Assembly (NCBI GenBank): GCA_048013815.1
Contig: CM106586.1
Span: forward strand, 9,238,001-9,302,000
Reading direction: 5' to 3'
DNA: 64,000 nucleotides
From: Setoptus koraiensis
Lineage: Eukaryota > Animalia > Arthropoda
Each line of letters opens with the position of its first letter. Within the stretch, counting starts at the first letter, position 1. A program made the position numbers and the translations under genes. Positions 11,896 to 26,209 of the stretch are shown here, one piece after another. The notes below the pieces were generated by a model, which saw only the letters and a program-made list of their open reading frames with translations, searched no databases and had not been told where the DNA came from.

Positions 11896-12376
11896 ATTGT
11901 CATCAATGGCAATTGTCTCTAACAGTTGCCATGATTCTACGTCACAATTAACTTATCGAGCACGCGTCCGGTTCAATTCCATTATCACTTGTACATTATT
12001 AGATTGTATCAGTTGATTATTTGACAGGCGTTCATAATCAGATTGATGATGTAGGCATTCGCAATCGAGATGTGATCTGTGGTGAAGATTATATGATTGA
12101 TTATTCGGATTGATGCGCCAAAGCGATAACTTGTGCGATCATAATGATGTCTAACCAAGATTGATCTCGAACACAAATCTATTTCATATAAATTTAGCTG
12201 GCATATAATAGTAAATGGCATCTGAACGACGACAAGTTGTTCACTGAATTTTCGTTGCATTTATAATCGTTAAAACAATCGTGCCATTAAAACAATAGGA
12301 ACCTGAGGGAAAGTAATTGTGAATAACAGTTGTCTTCAGTATACTCTGTTATTATAATTATAATTGTGTTATAGTG

Positions 12377-14083
12377 ATGACAATAGCGAAGTCAAGTTCT
12401 GCTACTAGTATGTTACATTCGGGTCTACTCTGGGCGATTTTGCTCTATTGCCTTCATCAATCAAGCAATGCTCTGAGCTTCAATATCAGCTACAAGACTG
12501 GATGGTTCGAACAAAGGGTAAGCGAATGAAAACATTCTACTCTGACAGTTGCTTGTGTGTGCTCGATGGTAGTTGATTACATTCGGAGAAAAAGAAATCC
12601 TAGGTTAATGAAAGATCACCATCTCTAATTCTATATTACGCAGGTGGATCACTTCTCTTGGGCTAATCAAGACACTTATAAACAACGATACTTGTATAAT
12701 AATGATTCGTGGTGCGGAAAGAATTGTCCCATATTGTTTTATACCGGTAATGAGGGTGACATAGAGGTGTTCACAAACAATACCGGATTTATGTGGGAGA
12801 ATGCTGCCAAACTTAAGGCGATGCTCGTTTTTGCAGAGCACCGTTTCTATGGGCAATCCTTTCCCTACGATGTCGATCCAACTAAATTCAACAGAAATGA
12901 GACTGACAAGCTGGGATATTTGACCAGTGAGCAGGCTCTGGCTGACTATGCCCTTCTATTGGAGCATCTCAAGAATAAGGTATTCGAAGCAGGTCTTTCG
13001 CCTGTCATCGCTGTGGGCGGTAGTTACGGTGGCATGTTGGCCGCCTGGATGCGAATGAAGTATCCAAATATGATAGAAGGAGCTCTGGCGGGATCAGCGC
13101 CCATATTACAATTTCCCGGCGAATACAATTGCAACGATTTTAACAAGATTGTCACCAAAGACTTTGAAAATTATTCAAAAAATTGTCCAAAAAGTATCTC
13201 AAGATCGTGGAGCGCTATAAGAAGATTTGGCGAGACAGTTGAAGGACGTGCTAAGCTTTCACAAGCGTTCAAAACTTGTCATCCTGTTGAAGAGAGTCAA
13301 GTGGACAATATAATCGCTTGGCTCTATAGTATATGGGGCAATTTAGCTATGACTGATTATGGTAGCGCCTCTGATTTTCTGTCACCAAAACCGGCGTATC
13401 CAATCAAGCATGTTTGTGAATTCTTGAAAGACAATGTTGACGACGAATTCGAATTGTTGAAAGGGGTAGCTAGTGCCGCTGGGGTCTACGCAAACTATAC
13501 TGGCCTACTGGAATGTTTGAATTTAGATGAAGCTCTCGATGACCCTATGGATGTTATGTGGGACTTTCAGGCTTGTACAGAGATGGTGATGCCAATCTGT
13601 TCTGACGGTGTCCAAGACATGTTTGAAGAACAAAAATGGGACCTAGGCGAATATTCAAAACAATGCGAATTACAATGGGGTGTCAAACCAGATCCAAAAA
13701 GTATTATGGCCATCTATGGAGATAAAAATATGTCCGCCCATTCGAATATCATATTTAGTTCAGGCTCACGAGATCCCTGGTCTGCAGGCTGCCCTCAAGA
13801 ATCGTTGGAATCTAATTCGATATTCGCAATAAAAATCGAGGGCGTTTGTCACCATGAAGATCTCAGGTTTTCAGAGCCAAACGATCCTAGCCAACTCAAA
13901 GATGCCAGAGTCCAGGAGGTCAATCACATAACTGACTGGATCACTAAGTATTATGAGGGAGTTCGTCGTAAGATCAGCTTTTTCAAACATTCTTGGACCG
14001 ATTCATCAAATGAGAACACAAAATTACCTTCTGGTGTCAATCTTACCACTATGTTAAAAGGAGATAAAAGAAATGTGATTTAA
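12377..14083 (+). CDS. PRCP: Lysosomal Pro-X carboxypeptidase (S28); exons 12377-12517 and 12644-14083
   Basis: The signal-peptide exon ending WFEQR splices to VDHF. YTGNEGDI, AEHRFYG, catalytic GGSYGG, DPW and HHEDLR motifs are present. Confidence 0.95.
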
Positions 14084-14328
14084 TTAACCGATTACGCAAT
14101 GTAATATACACCAAGTGTGAACAATTCAACACTTCCTGTGCAATCGCTCAAAGGTGCAATCATCCACCAAGTTGAGTTACTCATGAGCTGTTTGTATTGA
14201 TATAAAAGGCTTACGAAGAAAGAAGTCAGCTAAATTTTTAATGCTGAATATTTTTAATTAATTTCTATTATCAACAACCTAGATTAGTTATCTTGTGTAT
14301 ATTGCATTGCATATATTATGACTTGTAT

Positions 14329-16806
<2,478 letters not shown>

Positions 16807-19800
16807 CTAGCTAGTCGTCTTGTTGTTCGTCTTGATTGGTAAGCAACAGTAGTGGCTAATATGATACATTTGTTGAAATAATATAAAAAAGCAGCAGTGG
16901 CATAATATCCATGATTGTTGTGTCTAGACTCCAGAGTGTTATTTGGCAAGACGATAGTGCTGATATGACGATGATGTAAATTTGATGTTAGCCACCAGGG
17001 CGCACACAGGGACACTCACAACCATGTAGCAGTGGTGGCGTTGGCGACGACAACAACAACAACGGCGCCAGCAGCTGACGTGGAAACAGCTGGCCTGGGA
17101 ATTTACCCTGTGATGGAATGGATATTCGTCAGTAGTTTGTACAGTTGTTGTTGTTGCTGTTAGATGGTTGAAATGATAAAACGGGAATAAAATAAAATAG
17201 TAATAATGTTACTTTCGTTGTTGTCACCGCCAGCGACTAGTCGTCAGAAATTGTGTGTTGTGTGTGTGTGTGTGAGTGAGCGAGTGAGCAATGCTGACAT
17301 CAATCGGTGACTTGTGAAATCTCGTCCTGTTGCCACTATTCCAATTCTTTCACTGTCCCAGTTCTATCGATGGCGCCCGATTTGATGCTCTGGCGTGCTT
17401 GAGCTAGTGGCCCATTGAGCTTTTGAGTGGCCGTTTCTCGTTGTTTGCTAAATTCAATTCTAATGTGTGTAGAAAATTCTCTCGTAGCTTGGTCGTTTAG
17501 ATGAATGTGTTCTGGTCTCGGTTAGCTGGTCGCGGAATTGGAACTGGAGAACTGGCTCAAGATTCGCTTCTGTGTGCGAGCAATAATTGAGCATGTGTGC
17601 GGTTATTATTATGCAATTCAACTGGCGTGTCTAAATGTGTATAAAAGAATCCCTTTCTATTGTTGGTTCCATTGAGCTTCTGGGATTGACTTGCTAGACT
17701 AACTACTGTTATCAGTCGTTGTTCGTCGGTGCACCAATGATAATTGAGGTCTCTCTCTCTCTCCCTCTCGAAGATTCGATTCCATCAATCGTTCGATTCG
17801 AATATTTTTACTTGGCGCACACACACACACATACACTCACAAATCGAATTTTACTCGAGTCGAACTCTGTCCCACAGACTGTGACTCGCTCAATGTAAAG
17901 TGCGTCTGTCCGTCCGTCTGTCCGTGTTCGCGATTGTGCACAGTTGTGCAACATTGCGCCACTCCGTCCGATGCACCGCTGCCCCCAAGGCTTGCGGCAC
18001 ACAAGCACGCATTCTCCAATGTATGCAGCACCGCATCTGGTGCACCGTATACGGCGCACAAAGCGTGCATGTATCGATGGCCGCTGTTACGCTTGCACCA
18101 TGTCGCACCACTGTGCTGTTGCGCACGGTGCATGCACCACCGCCACCTAGGTAAAATGAGCGTGAGTTAGTGGCGCACAAGCTCACGCTGCTCGTTCCCA
18201 CTCGCCTCATAGCCGCTGTCGCGCTCCCCGTCGGCCGTGGCCCCCGCAAGCCACCACCGATGGGGATCATCATTCGTGCAACTCGACTGCCAGTAAATGC
18301 ACACAGGCTAACGATGGCCACTCAAACGATAATGATGCATCCTCTTCCCTAGCAGATAGATAATGTAGGCTGGTCGTGGTCGTAGTGGCCGCATCACTTC
18401 AATCGGACCTAGAAGACAGAGTCCTTTAGGGAATCCATGAATGGCCATGGCGTCGCTCCGACGATGGCAAGAGTAAGTGGATTCCTTTGAATCGGTAATC
18501 ATTTCGCAACAGTGCGTACTGACGCCGATTATATACGGGGCAGCATGCTGGCCGGCCTGGCCAGCCGGCAGGCCAAAAAGATCAGGCGATCTCCGGCCAA
18601 AGGCCCTAACATGATGATTACCAGCATCAGTCAGTGTGGTCAACAACCGAATCCCTGCCTATCTGTTTATCTAGTTGCCACACTATCGCCAGTGCTATGT
18701 GTGTTTTCACTCGATGTGAAAGAGCTCATCGCTACGAATTCCATCGTTTCACTATTCATTAAAGAATAAAGAAAGTTCTTAAATCCAGCACACACTCTAG
18801 CCGTATGGTGGTAATTGTGGTCGGCGCTATGGCAAAGGCCGCCCGATGTTCCACTCAAGATAATTGCTCTGATCGCTTTTATTCGGCACACTAACTAGTG
18901 TGAATGTTGATTCTCTCTCTCTCTCTCTCTCTCTCCCTCCATACCTCTCGCATATCCTCTTATATGAGCCGGCTGCATATAAACCAAAAGTTTTCAAAGT
19001 TCACTTTCACTTGACCGGTTTGCGCCAGGCGTGCAATGGAAGAGAACCAAATCCATCTAATGCAGTACCTGCACAAACGTGTGTAATGCGAAACTTCAAC
19101 TCACACTTTATAGCGTGCTTTCACTACCGAGCGGCATAAATACCATAGTTGATGATGTGGAGGAGGGCGATAGCGAGAACGAACCTTCCGTTTGGCATCC
19201 CGCTACAACTAAGGAAATTCTGATGCACTTGTTCGCGTGGATCTCTATGGACAGTCTGTCGAACAGATTAATAGTTGGAGGGACCTCTGTTCTTCTCCCG
19301 TGAGGTCCTTATGCTTAATGGCAACACGGTTGGCGCCACAGACGAGGATTCGTTGTAATCAGCGTTGGTCGAATAAAGACGGCAATTGTTTCGAAGCGCT
19401 TCAAACTATTGGTATCTGTTAGCTGCTATCTCATTTTATCGCTCGTTCAAATGGCGGAACAAAAACGAAAAGGAAACCATTAAAGATGTAAGGTGGTACT
19501 CCACGTTACCTGTGACGGGCGAGCATGGAACAACTGATTGAGCCAAGTCGCCGGCATTGGCAGTCTGTTGAAGAATTATCAAAAGAAAATACTGACTATA
19601 AATGTAAGTTACATATTTTGCAAAGAGTGGTAGTTTAAAACGACTTGGAGTATCCAAGTGAATATCTCTAACTAAATGAACGAGATTATCTACTGAAGCG
19701 TGACCCGGCATTCACAAAATGCGAACGTTCGAACTTGATCGTTTGCGCTCACAATTGTTGATCGATGATCGTCACGTATCCCTCATGATTCATCTCTTCA

Positions 19801-20011
19801 TTGCTCATGGCAGCGAGGTTCATCGCTACATGTAGTCTACATGTACTTGTCAGAGATGGCTCATTCGCATTAGTAGCGTTGGCACACCATCTGTGGCTCA
19901 CAACAACAAATATTTGTTGCCTACACTGTAACTTGGGACCAATTTGCTCCAACTACTAACCTCGACACATGGATGCTATTTTCAAAAATAATTTTTTAAT
20001 ACGATATCAAC

Positions 20012-20563
20012 ATGATTCTCAACGCATTTATACGATCTATATCCAGACAACAATCTTCAACTGTGCTTAGGAACTATATGCACACGGTTAGAGGCCCACA
20101 TCATATTTCCACAACAAGTCATCATTATAATGACAAAAGTGCCTTACTACTGAGACACTCAAGGATGAGCCATAACCCAGCCAACAAGGATAATTCAGAC
20201 TTAGAGATCAAAGTTAAACCACCACTCACCGTCAGAGATGTAATTAAGAAGGCCACAAAAGAATATGGACCCGTTTTCTTAGTAGTTCACATAAGTGTTT
20301 CCCTGATGTCGGTGGGATTTTTCTATAGTATCGTTAATTATACGGTAGATCCAATCGAATATTTGCCAATTGTCCTTAGAGAAAAACTTAGTGAGAAATT
20401 AATGTCGGCTACGAATGAAGGAGGAACCATGGTTATAGCTTATGCATTACACAAAATTATGTTCCCCGTGAGATTGGCCATATCGTTGGGTATAACACCC
20501 TATTTGTCGAAGAGGATCTTCCAAATGAAATTTTTCAAGAGCAGAAAAAATGGCAAAGCATGA
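20012..20563 (+). CDS. FAM210B: FAM210B-like mitochondrial membrane protein (DUF1279)
   Basis: Basic transit-peptide-like N-terminus; KEYGPVFLVVHISVSL and GGTMVIAYALHKIMFPVRLAI motifs. Confidence 0.8.
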   Translation: MILNAFIRSISRQQSSTVLRNYMHTVRGPHHISTTSHHYNDKSALLLRHSRMSHNPANKDNSDLEIKVKPPLTVRDVIKKATKEYGPVFLVVHISVSLMSVGFFYSIVNYTVDPIEYLPIVLREKLSEKLMSATNEGGTMVIAYALHKIMFPVRLAISLGITPYLSKRIFQMKFFKSRKNGKA

Positions 20564-20934
20564 AAGTAGAGATCGTTACACAATATAAATAACAATAATA
20601 AATAAGTTCAGCGTAGGTTGTGAGCAATATTTTCATTTGAACAAATTGATTTTGAGAGCCAACATTGTCAGCAGATATTAGATCGTCATTAGATCAGAGT
20701 GCATTACTAGTGTGTACTTCATACACAAGCCTGTTGCAAGTTATGCTGTTATGACTTGAGAGAAGTTATATCACGGGCCTCGTGATTCATCAATCTACTG
20801 TGCTCGTCTTCTTTTGTATCTATTCGTACCTGTTTGGACTATAGTATTGCATCAGCTACCCTGAATATAATAGTTTTGTTACTTTAGCTATCTTATTAAA
20901 TCACGATCAATGCCATGCAATATTGGGCAGCATT

Positions 20935-21630
20935 ATGCTCGACGAAGTTACATCCGATGAAAGTATACAAGATATAGAATCTTATGACGATGAAATACTT
21001 ATAACAGTACTTGTCGTAGCAGGCGTTGGATTGATAGTTGCAATAATATACTTTAAATGTCATATAGAAATTCCTGACGATAAAGACTCTCATAAAACAA
21101 GCAAAGCCCGTACCAAAATCCACACACCTGCCAATAATGATATGGATAAAGCTCTGATTAAGCCCTTCTTACCGATTCAGAAAGCATTGGCGAAGGTAGC
21201 TTCCCAGGAACGATTGGCGAAGGTAGCAACGCAGGAACGATTGCCGAAAGTACCAACGCAAGAACGATTGTCTATCGCCGAACGGAATCAGAATCAGAAC
21301 CAGAAACAACTGCATCCACTCAATCTCCCTTCAATGGAATCAAAGTCAAAGTCATCTACGTCTGGACAAGATTTTTATGCTAAGTCTGGCTCTACGATGT
21401 CAAGCAAACAATCTTCGTCTGGAGTGGGATCAATTATGGCCTCATCCATTGTCAAGCCACTAAGTGTTCGAGCTAGCGCCACTCAAGAGATCTTGATATT
21501 GCCTGAATCCGATAAATCAACTATTTCAGATCGTATTAAAAAGAGTCTGCCACAACAGTCGTTACCTGCAAAAAAAGCCCCTCCTATTAAAGTTGAAATG
21601 AGTCAGCTTATAAAGATGATCAAAGAGTGA
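20935..21630 (+). CDS. Orphan single-pass membrane protein with Ser-rich tail
   Basis: Acidic N-terminus, one TM (ILITVLVVAGVGLIVAIIYF), then KC. First ATG is at 20935. Confidence 0.65.
   Translation: MLDEVTSDESIQDIESYDDEILITVLVVAGVGLIVAIIYFKCHIEIPDDKDSHKTSKARTKIHTPANNDMDKALIKPFLPIQKALAKVASQERLAKVATQERLPKVPTQERLSIAERNQNQNQKQLHPLNLPSMESKSKSSTSGQDFYAKSGSTMSSKQSSSGVGSIMASSIVKPLSVRASATQEILILPESDKSTISDRIKKSLPQQSLPAKKAPPIKVEMSQLIKMIKE
21187..21270 (+). repeat. Coding 27-bp tandem repeat x3 (LAKVASQER/LAKVATQER/LPKVPTQER)
   Basis: Units start at 21187, 21214 and 21241. Confidence 0.9.
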
Positions 21631-21747
21631 ACATTCAAATAGCATCACAGCAACGAGTTTACACTTCTTGTTATTATTCATAGCTTATTATTACTACATA
21701 TGTACAAAAATTTTTAGTAATACCATTAGATACTTTCGATCGCGATT

Positions 21748-23541
21748 CTAGCACTCGCTTTCATCATCCCAATCATTATTTTCATCGTCATCCTCACCTC
21801 CCTCATCAGAGTCGCTCACTTGCATAGCTACTCTTCTCGCTAATATAGAGGCAACGTCATTTGCCATAGTTTTATTTTCCGCTTCCTTTTGCTTAGAATC
21901 TTCTACTTTCCTTAGGACTATACCTTTCTTGATTGCAGCGAGCAAATCATCGCGAGGATCTGAGCTTGTAGATTGGACAGGCTGAGTTTTCCTTAATTGT
22001 TGTTGTTTCAATTGCAGTTGTTGCGCCGTGACAGTTGGTTGCATCAGCGGAGGAGGAGGCGGCGGCAAAGACGGAGCGTGCTGATTTGAATTAGTTTTTA
22101 CAGCTTGAAATTGGTTAGTTGCTGAATTATTAGAATTCTGCACGGGTGTTGTATCATTAGTGAATTGTTGTTGGCCGTTCGTGGAATTTTGATCCTTCCT
22201 AACATCATTAGATCCGTGCATCTTATTTTGTGACCATTCATTATTATTTGTTGGCGTTGGTTGAGGGTTAACCGACAGTTGCTGGAGATCTAGCTCCGGA
22301 AATGGGAGAGCGGGAGGCGGGGGCGGTTGCGTTGGGGGAGGCGGCGGCTGAGGAGGTGCTTGAGATGACTGAATAGTGAAACCATTGCTTGGCGCTTTTG
22401 ATTGAGAATAGTAATTGTTGACCACAGGTTGATGCTGGCTGGGCACCGTTGTCGAATTAGTAGTGATTTGTTGTTGATAGACAGAGCTTTGTTGCTGAGC
22501 GATCGATTGCATATGTGTTTGTTGTGGTTGTTGTTGATTCCGGTGTTGTGATTGTTGTTGATGTTGCTGGTGTTGTTGTGTTTGTTGTTGTTGCAGCTGT
22601 TGTTGTTGTAATTGCTGCTGCATCTGCTGTTGTTGTTGCTGATGCTGCAACTGCAATTGTTGTTGCTGGTGGTGCTGTTGCAGTTGCTGCTGTTGCAATG
22701 GTTGTTGTTGCATTTGATGTTGCAGTTGTTGCTGCAGATGTTGCTGCAGTTGTTGTTGCGGTTGTTGGTGATTGTGAGGCTGCTGCTGCTCTTGTTGTGA
22801 GGGCTGGGGAACTTGGCCATGCTGATTATTTCTCTTTAGTTGTTGTCTCTGTTGATGCCTTTGAATATTTTGTTGCTGTTGCCTTAATTGTAGTAATTGT
22901 TGTTGTTGGACTTGTTGTTGTTGTTGTTGGGCCAACATTGTTTCCTTGAGCATTTCTTTTTTCCACAATTCAAAGAAATAATTGGGGTCTGTGTAGAATT
23001 TAATACCAGATTTACCATCTTCTCTAAGCGGGTCTAATTTTTCAAATGGTGGAGGTTTATCACACATGTGATACAAGTCCGTAATAGATGTGGGAACACT
23101 TTGGCGAGTCAATACTTGTTGGTCGCAAGCCATATTAGAGGAGAATATCTCGCGTTGATCAGTTGCGTCCCGCAAGGTTATGGGCGCGTCATTAGGCTGA
23201 TCTAATTTGGTGGCCTTCATCATAAGCCTATCCATTCGTTGTTGCAACGCTACCGTCCTTGACATAATAATGGAGGCTTCATCGAAAACGCCACTTAATA
23301 GATCTTCAGCTTGTCTAGATAATGTAGATAATTGTCTAATGAGATTTGCCAAACTGCCATTTGTGACGCATTCTAGTTCATTGGTTATTTTTATATTGGC
23401 TGCAACGGCCGCCGCTGCCGCCACCCCCTGGCCAGTGGCAACAGCGGCGGGTTTTATCAGGGGCCTGGTGTCTTTTGGGGGTAGTGGTAGTGTCGATCGG
23501 GACACATACACCGGCTCTATAACTCGTTGTTCTAGTGGCAT
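21748..23541 (-). CDS. SCAR: WAVE/SCAR (WASF) actin nucleation-promoting factor, intronless
   Basis: MPLEQRVIEP, ELECVTNGSLANLIRQLS, FYTDPNYFFELW (WHD); proline-rich region; WH2 (DPRDDLLAAIKKGIVLRKV), central NDVASILARR, acidic DW-containing tail. Confidence 0.95.
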   Translation of the reverse strand: MPLEQRVIEPVYVSRSTLPLPPKDTRPLIKPAAVATGQGVAAAAAVAANIKITNELECVTNGSLANLIRQLSTLSRQAEDLLSGVFDEASIIMSRTVALQQRMDRLMMKATKLDQPNDAPITLRDATDQREIFSSNMACDQQVLTRQSVPTSITDLYHMCDKPPPFEKLDPLREDGKSGIKFYTDPNYFFELWKKEMLKETMLAQQQQQQVQQQQLLQLRQQQQNIQRHQQRQQLKRNNQHGQVPQPSQQEQQQPHNHQQPQQQLQQHLQQQLQHQMQQQPLQQQQLQQHHQQQQLQLQHQQQQQQMQQQLQQQQLQQQQTQQHQQHQQQSQHRNQQQPQQTHMQSIAQQQSSVYQQQITTNSTTVPSQHQPVVNNYYSQSKAPSNGFTIQSSQAPPQPPPPPTQPPPPPALPFPELDLQQLSVNPQPTPTNNNEWSQNKMHGSNDVRKDQNSTNGQQQFTNDTTPVQNSNNSATNQFQAVKTNSNQHAPSLPPPPPPLMQPTVTAQQLQLKQQQLRKTQPVQSTSSDPRDDLLAAIKKGIVLRKVEDSKQKEAENKTMANDVASILARRVAMQVSDSDEGGEDDDENNDWDDESEC

Positions 23542-24231
23542 TATATTATTGTTTTCCTCGTGAGCAATGTGATCTTTATGTATACTATGTGCGTATGTGT
23601 ATGTTAGCAGATACAATAATGGATAAATTTAGATTTATTTATATATATATAAAATGACTATCTCTAATAATATGTTCCTTCAAAGTGTAAAATAATTCAT
23701 TGATAAATAGCTGGTGGCTTTGCCGGATGCATTTTACAGGCAACCTCAACTGATTTATACATGTAATATAATATATTGGATATATTTTCATTGATCAGCA
23801 GTGAAGGGGGTGTTTTAAATGTGTAGTATATCCAGAAATAATTCAAGTACATGTAAGATGAGAACAGAGATTGGGCAGAAAAATAGTGGACTGTTCTGTT
23901 CCAGGAACAGCCAAACATGATTCACGATTGTGCTGCCTCACTTTACCACTGTGCCGCACAGTCAGTGTGCAGATATTTACTATGTATACACTTATGTGAG
24001 TGTGCACATCAACTGATAATATAGTGCATAGAACATGGCTGTCTACCACATGTAGTGCAACTTATTCGCATCTATGCAATACATGATGATCTGCTCTGAG
24101 GCTGCCCCAACACATGGTTCCCGGACCTCAATATATACAATCATTGCTCCATATAACAAGTTGATTAGCGGATCCTAAGACACTTTGCTACATCAATACT
24201 ACAACGAACGCAACGTCTGGCGAACAACACA

Positions 24232-24876
24232 ATGTCTAAGACTCTCTACTACGGGAGGAAAACCAAATTTGTTGGCAAGACCCTGTTTGAGATTCTAGCC
24301 AATCTAAGAAATTTTGGAATTGGTAGGGTCGTCTACAAGCACACCGAACTACAAATGCACCCAAACTCATATTATATCGTACGCGATGTCGAGCCTGTGA
24401 TGGATGATAAATTAGAACTAGGTGTTGTTCACGCCGAGAAAATATTCAAAGGTGCCAGAGCCTCCAGTCTAGTAACTATCGATGAGGAAACCTGGCACAC
24501 TGACTGGCGATTAGTTTTGAAGGAAGATGAACACCTATTCAAAGTGCCTGAGGAAAACTTAGTCGACGTCTCTCATCCGTCTAAGGTGGAGGTTCTCCCT
24601 CGATGGATGGATATGCCTCCTTTAATGGAAATTTTCTTACGCAGAAAATTCAAGGACAAAAAACTCCAGTCTGATTCAATCAGAGGCATGAATTCTGATC
24701 AGCCCCTAAAGATAAGACTTAGGTATCTTGCAGAGGTTCGCGATCAATTACCACATCTTCACAAACGAGTAGCCGAGGAGGGCGAAACACCCAGCTTCAT
24801 GTCAAAAACAACAATCGGTCTGCTACCACCTGAATTTAGACCTGATCCCAGCCAGACGGACCAAAAGAGGGCTTGA
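24232..24876 (+). CDS. MRPS34: Mitochondrial ribosomal protein S34
   Basis: YYGRKTKFVGKTLFEILANLRNFGIGRVV and DWRLV motifs. Confidence 0.88.
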   Translation: MSKTLYYGRKTKFVGKTLFEILANLRNFGIGRVVYKHTELQMHPNSYYIVRDVEPVMDDKLELGVVHAEKIFKGARASSLVTIDEETWHTDWRLVLKEDEHLFKVPEENLVDVSHPSKVEVLPRWMDMPPLMEIFLRRKFKDKKLQSDSIRGMNSDQPLKIRLRYLAEVRDQLPHLHKRVAEEGETPSFMSKTTIGLLPPEFRPDPSQTDQKRA

Positions 24877-24979
24877 TTTCTGCATAGACCAAGAACTTGT
24901 CAACATTAAGTAAGTGTGAATAAATATATATGTATACAAAGATATGTCTTTTAATTTTAGGGGTTTTCTCCAAAAAAAA

Positions 24980-26209
24980 TCAATCCTCGTGGGAGTCTTC
25001 GCTATCACTCCTCAAGTCCTTCATCTATAGTTACATGAAAAATAATAACAAGAAGATGTGGATCAGTTAGTCTGTGACAGTTTTCTTGTTAGAAATGTAA
25101 ATTGAGTTTAATATGGTTCTACTTACGCCATCGTTTTTGATTGCATAGTACATCATCTTAATGATCAACCAGGTCCAGATGAAGTGGAGGAGTTGTAGGA
25201 AGCAAAGTAGAGCATTGAATATATAGTAAGCGGGAAATACTGGTATAAGCTTTGTTGCTTCGTATGCTGTATAGTATATAACTCTTGTGGGAAGTACATA
25301 ACATCTAGTCAAGATCCAAGTGAAAGTAAAAAGGCAAAAAACGAGATCGGCGCAACGTTGAAACTTAGCGTATTTAAATAATTTTGCTAATTCTAAAGGT
25401 ATGTCTGCAACATCATGGATTGCGAGAACAAGTGATCCCATACGATGGAAATTGCAGGCCCATGATAGGGTTATCAACAGAACTGTAACGATATGATGCA
25501 TAAACATTTGCCAGAAGTCTTTGCGTTTTGTATCAAAGAATTGTGAGCACAACAGGGATAAATAGAATCCCAATTCTATATTGTAATACCACCATTCTTC
25601 ATTTGTTACTGGATGGTGTGGATAATCATAGAAACAATGCATTGTGTCGCTAATATAAGGCTTTCCACGTAGCACAAAGAACCAGCCGAATATAGTAGAG
25701 GCCGTGTAAAATGTAAATCGCCAGGCACCTTCAGTGAATTTGTCTATTGTGCTTTGCTTTTTAACATTGAAGGCAGTTATTCTGTGATAGCGTTTGATCT
25801 GATGTTCTGTCATGTTGGAATTGACAGTATTGTTTCCATTTATAACTTTGTTGCCACTATTTTTGCTGTTGTTGTTGTGTTGATTGTTCTTCTTGTGGTT
25901 CTTATTGTCATTATTATTGTTTTTATCATTAGCAATATTATCTCCATTGATTTCGGTGTAATTATTTGGTAGTGGATTTTGGATGGGAAATTTCAGTCCG
26001 CTCAACAGGGCTAGCGGTCTGAATAAATATTGTTCTAGAGTACATCTTAATATGATTAGAAAGCAGGCGGTTATGATAGAATAATACAAGTCATAAAATT
26101 GAGCATATTCCGGTTTTAAATCATTCCATGTGAGTCCCTTTGGGCACCAAATAGATTCTGACCAAAACCACAAAGTTAAACTTTGTCGGGCCTGGTTTAG
26201 GGACTCCAT
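24980..26209 (-). CDS. CERS: Ceramide synthase (CerS5/6, schlank-like); exons 26209-25127 and 25024-24980
   Basis: FWSESIWCP, KFTEGAWRFTFY, Lag1 motif RKDFWQMFMHHIVT...GSLVLAIHDVAD. Intron 25025-25126 adds the acidic tail MKDLRSDSEDSHED. Confidence 0.93.

Noticed and set aside
17808-18769. GC-rich ORF cluster and a possible 40-nt intron (18473-18512)
   Set aside because: Spliced and unspliced products stop early and resemble no protein; likely DYRK upstream regulatory DNA.
22290-22949. Overlapping ORFs 22290-22820, 22515-22949 and 22612-22800
   Set aside because: Alternative-frame and antisense shadows of the WAVE CAA/CAG repeat.
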